A DNA stretch of 42,057 bases. It comes from a virus. Positions 37,538-42,057 of this stretch are shown here, one piece after another. The first letter of the stretch is position 1. Each line of letters opens with the position of its first letter. The notes below the pieces were generated by a model. That model had not been told where the DNA came from, searched no databases, and saw only the letters and a list, made by a program, of their open reading frames with translations. The position numbers and the translations under genes are program-made. The stretch is from the UHGV virus genome UHGV-0106421; one strand, written 5' to 3'.

Positions 37538-37698
37538 GAGGACTTGCATACAATCCCGGAATTCTTCCGGCAGAAATGATTATTCGCCAACGCGTAAAGC
37601 CAATGCCATCGAGAGAGGAATTGCTTAAAAGAAATTCTTTTCCATCAGTAAATCAAAACAAATATCTGAATGCGATGTGGCGGAGTGGGAAGAAATGA
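37534..37698 (+). CDS. Hypothetical small protein (54 aa)
   Basis: ATGA start/stop overlaps at both ends (37534 and 37695), suggesting translational coupling; below the ORF-track cutoff. Confidence 0.3.
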   Translation: MRGLAYNPGILPAEMIIRQRVKPMPSREELLKRNSFPSVNQNKYLNAMWRSGKK

Positions 37699-38237
37699 AA
37701 CAAATGTCACTAATTGAGATGGATGGATTTCTGAAAGGTCAATGCATCCCACGAGATTTAAAGGTCAACGAAACAAGCGCTGAATATCTGGTGCGTAAAT
37801 TTGCTGAGATTGAATCAAATCTGGAAACGGCGTTGCGTGAGTGTCGCTCTTCTGGAATCACGATTGACAACCTTGAGGCCAAGTGTGCGGCGCTGGCTGC
37901 GGAGCAAGAAATCGTAAATGCCGACAACGCATATTTGCGCGATCAAATTATGTTCTGGGCTAGGGAGTGTGACCGAATCACCTACAACCACACCAACAAA
38001 GTGACAGATGCGCATCAGTCTGAAGCTGAGCGGGTTTTGGCAAACACATATCCAGCCTCATCCTCCTTCCTGACTGAAGTGCGGGCGCAGGGGTTAGAGA
38101 TGCACGCAGATAACCTCGATAACGCAGCAGACGACGCAGAACGATGTGGTTTTGATTATGCCGTTAAGTTTCTACGCAGTGAAGCGTCTAGTGTACGTTT
38201 GTTCGCCGACCAGCTTCGCAAAGGAGGCAACCAGTGA
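37695..38237 (+). CDS. Hypothetical protein
   Basis: About 180-aa ORF from ATG 37695 ([15 protein letters not shown]). Confidence 0.4.
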   Translation: MKQMSLIEMDGFLKGQCIPRDLKVNETSAEYLVRKFAEIESNLETALRECRSSGITIDNLEAKCAALAAEQEIVNADNAYLRDQIMFWARECDRITYNHTNKVTDAHQSEAERVLANTYPASSSFLTEVRAQGLEMHADNLDNAADDAERCGFDYAVKFLRSEASSVRLFADQLRKGGNQ

Positions 38238-38503
38238 GTGAGTCAAAATGCCAAATTAATGGCAATAAGATAGAACCGTGCGCGGTGTTGGCAAAATCTC
38301 TCGAATATGGAAATCCAACATTCAAGAGTAAAGGCATATTTATCCCGGAGCGTGTGAACATAAACACCGGCGAGTCAGGCATAGATATTGCTCAAATTCA
38401 CTCTGGGAAATATATCGGTCGTGGCGTTGCAATGTGCTTTTGCCCGTTCTGTGGTGAAAGTTTGAAAACGTGGGAAGCGGAGGCAGCCAGTGAGCAAGAT
38501 TGA
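38234..38503 (+). CDS. Hypothetical protein with C-terminal CxCPFCG motif
   Basis: 89-aa ORF; Cys-x-Cys-P-F-Cys-G near the C-terminus suggests metal binding. Confidence 0.35.
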   Translation: MSESKCQINGNKIEPCAVLAKSLEYGNPTFKSKGIFIPERVNINTGESGIDIAQIHSGKYIGRGVAMCFCPFCGESLKTWEAEAASEQD

Positions 38504-39089
38504 CTATCAGGCACTACGTGCTAAGGCAGAAAAAGCAACGTGTGGCGAGTGGTCGCTCGAATATGGAGAGGGCCGATTTGATGGTGATGATGCGCTAATT
38601 CATCGCGAGGCTGCTGGATATATTCCCATTTGCAGAATTGAAGGAGCGCATCCTGAAAGCGGTTTCGATGAAGATTTCCAAATGGAACAGCAGGCCAATG
38701 CTGAATTCATCGCTGCAGCCAATCCGGCTACTGTGCTGGCACTACTGGATGAACGGGAAAGAAACCAGCAATACATCAAACGCCGCGACCAGGAGAACGA
38801 GGATATTGCGCTAACGGTAGGGAAACTGCGTGTTGAGCTGGAAGCAACAGAGAACAACCTCATTGATAGTGAATGCCATGTTGCTGAACTAGAAGAAGCA
38901 CTACGCGACAAGCAGGCGTTACTTGAAGCCTCAGAAAAGCGCATAGCAGAACAAAGCGCGATTGTTACAGCCGCTGAAAAACTGGTTCGCTGTAAAGGCC
39001 GCTATCACAGTGAGCAAAACTATCGTGCGCTGGCTGCATTGTTTGGCGTAACAGTGCCGGATTTACCACCACTGCAAGCAGATGATTAA
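38490..39089 (+). CDS. Ead/Ea22-like protein
   Basis: 199-aa ORF with the conserved N-terminus MSKIDYQALRAKAEKATCGEW and a coiled-coil C-terminal half. Confidence 0.55.
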   Translation: MSKIDYQALRAKAEKATCGEWSLEYGEGRFDGDDALIHREAAGYIPICRIEGAHPESGFDEDFQMEQQANAEFIAAANPATVLALLDERERNQQYIKRRDQENEDIALTVGKLRVELEATENNLIDSECHVAELEEALRDKQALLEASEKRIAEQSAIVTAAEKLVRCKGRYHSEQNYRALAALFGVTVPDLPPLQADD

Positions 39090-39099
39090 GGACTAACCT

Positions 39100-39750
39100 A
39101 TGACCACTATTACCAAAGAGCGACTACTGACAATCAGGCAGTGGCGCGAAACATACGGACCTGGTAGCAACGTTGTACTGCCAGCAGAAGAAGCGGAAGA
39201 GCTGGCACGGATTGCGCTGGCATCGCTGGAAGCAGAACCAGTTGCTTATATTTTCAAACATCCGGCTGGAAAATTATTCTGGGCTTTAACGGATGAAAGC
39301 AATAAAGATCAATCGGACGTTATTCCTGTTTATGCCGCCCCTCCAGTGCCAGTAGTACCTGCTGCATTACCTGAGAACGACGATGAGGACGGGCATGACA
39401 TTGATTATCTTGAGCCATCTGAAGTTTACTCGCTTGGGCGAACAGCTGGCTGGAACGCCTGCCGTGCTGCCATGCTTCATGGTGCCGAACCTGTAAGCCA
39501 AACTTACAAGTTGAACGAGCTATCTGGCAACTCTCCGGTAACTCCTGATGGTTGGATAAGCTGTAGTAAGCGAATGCCGGAGAAATACGATTTCGATATC
39601 TGGGTATTCTCTCTATCCAGAGGTGTTCTTGACGGGCTACAGTGGGATGGCTCGATGTTTACTGATGATGAATATCAGTTCGTTATTCATGACGCCACGC
39701 ATTGGATGAGAAAAGCATATCCAGCAGCACCACAGCAGGAGGTCGAATGA
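39100..39750 (+). CDS. DUF551 domain protein
   Basis: 216-aa ORF whose C-terminus carries the THWM hallmark (VIHDATHWMRKAYP). Confidence 0.5.
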   Translation: MTTITKERLLTIRQWRETYGPGSNVVLPAEEAEELARIALASLEAEPVAYIFKHPAGKLFWALTDESNKDQSDVIPVYAAPPVPVVPAALPENDDEDGHDIDYLEPSEVYSLGRTAGWNACRAAMLHGAEPVSQTYKLNELSGNSPVTPDGWISCSKRMPEKYDFDIWVFSLSRGVLDGLQWDGSMFTDDEYQFVIHDATHWMRKAYPAAPQQEVE

Positions 39751-40022
39751 GCAGGGTGAACGGGAGCAAGCCGCCTAAGTACATGCCGGTAATGAACTCC
39801 GCCAAGCCAGTAAAGCTAACCTATGAGCAAGTAATGGCGCTTCCGTTGATGTCGGATGTTTATGTAAGGATGAATGACGGTAAAATTTTGAATGGTAAGC
39901 TCGCTTCGCACTCAGATTATCTCGTCGGATGTCCGGTAGTCGACATAGGTGAATCGAGGAGCATTGGAATTGGATACGAGGGGGAAATTATCGCAGCAGC
40001 ACCGAAGCAGGAGGTGAAGTGA
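39747..40022 (+). CDS. Hypothetical protein
   Basis: ORF from ATG 39747 (MSRVNGSKPP), overlapping the upstream stop by ATGA. Confidence 0.35.
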   Translation: MSRVNGSKPPKYMPVMNSAKPVKLTYEQVMALPLMSDVYVRMNDGKILNGKLASHSDYLVGCPVVDIGESRSIGIGYEGEIIAAAPKQEVK

Positions 40023-40300
40023 TGTACTCCTTCGCGAAATATACGGTTATTGACTGGATAGCATTCCTTCAGGTTTTGCTCATCTGGTTTTATATGGCTT
40101 ACAGGAGTGGACAGTGGATTGTCAGTGTAGCCTGTAGCAAGGGATGGCGTTGGTGGAACAGAAAGAATAAAAAAGCACTGGCATTGGATTCGTTTTACGA
40201 AGCATTCAATCTTAACAGCCTTCAGCCTGGTTCTGTCGTTGTAGTCACCACTCAAAGCGGCATGACCATTCAGATTCATAAACCAAAAGAGGAAAAATGA
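40019..40300 (+). CDS. Hypothetical small membrane protein
   Basis: 93-aa ORF with a hydrophobic N-terminal segment (IAFLQVLLIWFYMAY). Confidence 0.35.
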   Translation: MMYSFAKYTVIDWIAFLQVLLIWFYMAYRSGQWIVSVACSKGWRWWNRKNKKALALDSFYEAFNLNSLQPGSVVVVTTQSGMTIQIHKPKEEK

Positions 40301-40616
40301 TGTGGCCTATATGTGTTAATTGCGGACGGATGTGCCTATCTGGATGGTGCCGAAAGTGCGACAAATGCACGAAGAAAAGACAATAACAATCCTCGCACTC
40401 GCGGGGATTTCTTTTATCTGAACTCGCTACGGCGGGTTTTGTTTTATGGAGATGATAAATGCACTTCCGAGTCACATGTGAATGGAATGGAGAACCATTC
40501 AACAGAGTTATCGAAGCAGAGAACATCAACGACTGCTACGACCACTGGATGATATGGGCGCAGATAGCACATGCAGACGTAACCAATATTCGAATTGAAG
40601 AACTGAAAGAACACCA

Positions 40617-40641
40617 AGCCGCCTGATGGCGGTTTCTTTTT
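40617..40641 (+). terminator. Rho-independent terminator upstream of xis
   Basis: agccgcc-tgat-ggcggtt hairpin followed by TCTTTTT. Confidence 0.45.
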
Positions 40642-40656
40642 GCCTGGAGAATTAAG

Positions 40657-40848
40657 ATGACCGATACCAGCCTGATTCCTGAGAAAGAAGTGATGAACAA
40701 GCTCGGTGTTTCATCACGTCAGACAATCTGGAACTATACCAAACGGCACGGATTTCCGAAGCCAGTCAGAACCCACCCCAAATCATACCTTCGTGAAGCT
40801 GTTGAGGGGTGGATTCTTAACGGTGGCGTTAATCAGAAATGCTCCTGA
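40657..40848 (+). CDS. AlpA-family excisionase / transcriptional regulator
   Basis: 63-aa ORF with AlpA-like motif (LGVSSRQTIWNYTKRHGFPKPV); adjacent to int. Confidence 0.6.
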   Translation: MTDTSLIPEKEVMNKLGVSSRQTIWNYTKRHGFPKPVRTHPKSYLREAVEGWILNGGVNQKCS

Positions 40849-42007
40849 TGTGCCAGAACAATTTATCAGCGTGAAGCTCATACGCTTTGCGCTGAGCCTC
40901 TATCCAATCGTGTTTATTGTATACTGACATTATCCCGCCAAGTTCATGACCGAGCATTCGCTCAGTAACATGAGGCTCGACATTCATCTCGGACAGACGT
41001 GTAACAAGCGTTCTTCTGAAATCATGTGTTCGCCAGTAACCTAGGTCCACCCCTCCCCTTATTCGATTTACGAATCGGTTGGCTGCAGCGATGCTGATCG
41101 GTTTGTTTATGTCTTCTCCAGGGAAAAGAACATCATTGTACGTTGTCATGGCCTTTTCGAGGAAAGGCTTAATTTGTTCGAAGATTGGACGGCGGATAAC
41201 ATTACCCATCTTGCTATGCTCTTTCGGTACGGTCCATACGTTGTCCAGCAGGTCAAACTCTGTCTTTGTTGCCAGCCTAAGCTCTGAGAGCCTCGCCCCC
41301 CACAGCATAAGCATCTGATGAAGTAGCTTATTTGACGTAGACGCACGGCTTCTTTCAATAGCAAGCCAAATCTTAGCCAGTTCGTGATACGACAGTACCC
41401 GATCCCCTACCTCAGCGCGGGAGCCGAAGTCCCTTGGCTGGATGCTCATAATTGCGCAACTATCTATCAACTGACGCCGCATGCACCAACTTATTGCTGA
41501 TCTTAGTTGACTTAGCACCTGCCTTGCTCGGCGTGGATTATCTCTTTCTTCTTCGGTAAGCAGGTCAACCCATTGCTTAACCGTGATAGAAGATGCCGGA
41601 CGATTAGGAAATGCGTCATGCATGCGCTTCATAACCGTTGATCGGTAAAGTGCCTGGGTCTTTTCTCTGAGAGTTGTAGAGACGTAGTTGTCGAACCAGT
41701 AGTCGAGACACTGGGCGACCGTCATGGAGTTCTCCACCTTCTCTTCAAAATAAGTGCGTGGATCCGTTCCTGAGAAATAGAGCTTTCGCAAGTCAGCAGT
41801 GATCTGTCTGGCATCCTTCAAAGACAGGGATGGGTATCGACCAAGCCCAAGTCGATTAGGCTTGCCATGCCAGCGATAGCGGTACTGGAACTGGATGACC
41901 CCCTTCGGTGAAATTCGCACGCTGAGGCCATCTGCATCAGCCACTTCTTGTGGGCCCGAATATGGTTTACCATAAATAGTACGAAGTTTTGTGTCGCTTA
42001 TAGCCAT
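40829..42007 (-). CDS. int: Tyrosine integrase
   Basis: 392-aa ORF with C-terminal catalytic region (HDFRRT, LGH, SVYNKH); at the prophage edge beside arm-type repeats. Confidence 0.85.
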   Translation of the reverse strand: MAISDTKLRTIYGKPYSGPQEVADADGLSVRISPKGVIQFQYRYRWHGKPNRLGLGRYPSLSLKDARQITADLRKLYFSGTDPRTYFEEKVENSMTVAQCLDYWFDNYVSTTLREKTQALYRSTVMKRMHDAFPNRPASSITVKQWVDLLTEEERDNPRRARQVLSQLRSAISWCMRRQLIDSCAIMSIQPRDFGSRAEVGDRVLSYHELAKIWLAIERSRASTSNKLLHQMLMLWGARLSELRLATKTEFDLLDNVWTVPKEHSKMGNVIRRPIFEQIKPFLEKAMTTYNDVLFPGEDINKPISIAAANRFVNRIRGGVDLGYWRTHDFRRTLVTRLSEMNVEPHVTERMLGHELGGIMSVYNKHDWIEAQRKAYELHADKLFWHIRSISD

Positions 42008-42014
42008 AAATAAT

Positions 42015-42057
42015 ATTTGGTACGCTCAAAAATAATGGTTTGGTACACATCTGGTAC
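42015..42057. repeat. Direct TTTGGTAC(G/A)C repeats upstream of int; candidate arm-type integrase sites
   Basis: atttggtacgc (42015..42025), gtttggtacaca (42038..42049), ctggtac (42051..42057); same motifs as at 1528..1550. Confidence 0.4.

Larger units (their letters stand above)
1473..42057. mobile_element. Lambdoid mosaic prophage (Mu-like contractile tail, lambda-like regulation and lysis), right end beyond window
   Basis: Contiguous tail, head, terminase, lysis, Q, nin, replication, cII/cro/cI, N, recombination, xis and int genes; left junction inside sbcB; integrase at the right edge. Confidence 0.85.

Noticed and set aside
40313-40552. 79-aa plus-strand ORF upstream of xis
   Set aside because: The frame runs across two terminator-like hairpins; the shorter RBS-equipped ORFs at 40297..40386 and 40459..40626 explain the region better.
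1-42057. CRISPR array or other regularly spaced repeat array
   Set aside because: The only tandem repeats are the origin iterons and the att-proximal TTTGGTAC motifs; no repeat-spacer architecture.

Overview
The window is almost entirely a lambdoid, mosaic prophage (about 1473 to the window end; attR lies beyond 42057) inserted into the 5' coding region of the host exonuclease I gene sbcB, next to the host gene dacD (50..1222, minus strand). Reading left to right on the minus strand it carries a Mu-like contractile tail module, a head module, terminase, a lambda-type lysis cassette (S, R, Rz/Rz1), a Q-like antiterminator, a nin region, replication genes (DnaB-like helicase, O-like initiator with internal iterons), cII and cro. 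On the plus strand it carries a cI-type repressor, an N-like antiterminator, an early-left operon (cIII-like, Kil-like, RecT, Ea22-like, DUF551), an AlpA-like excisionase, and a tyrosine integrase at the right edge (minus strand). All protein and motif identifications are by eye and from recalled family sequences; none were checked against a database. No CRISPR array, rRNA or tRNA was found. The best candidates for undescribed accessory cargo are three AT-rich inserts (GC judged by eye) in classic moron slots: two genes directly downstream of N (33932..34689), a 178-aa opposite-strand gene between Rz and the small terminase (22995..23531), and a two-gene island inside the tail operon (6854..7503). 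None could be assigned a function, so they are leads rather than an identified system.
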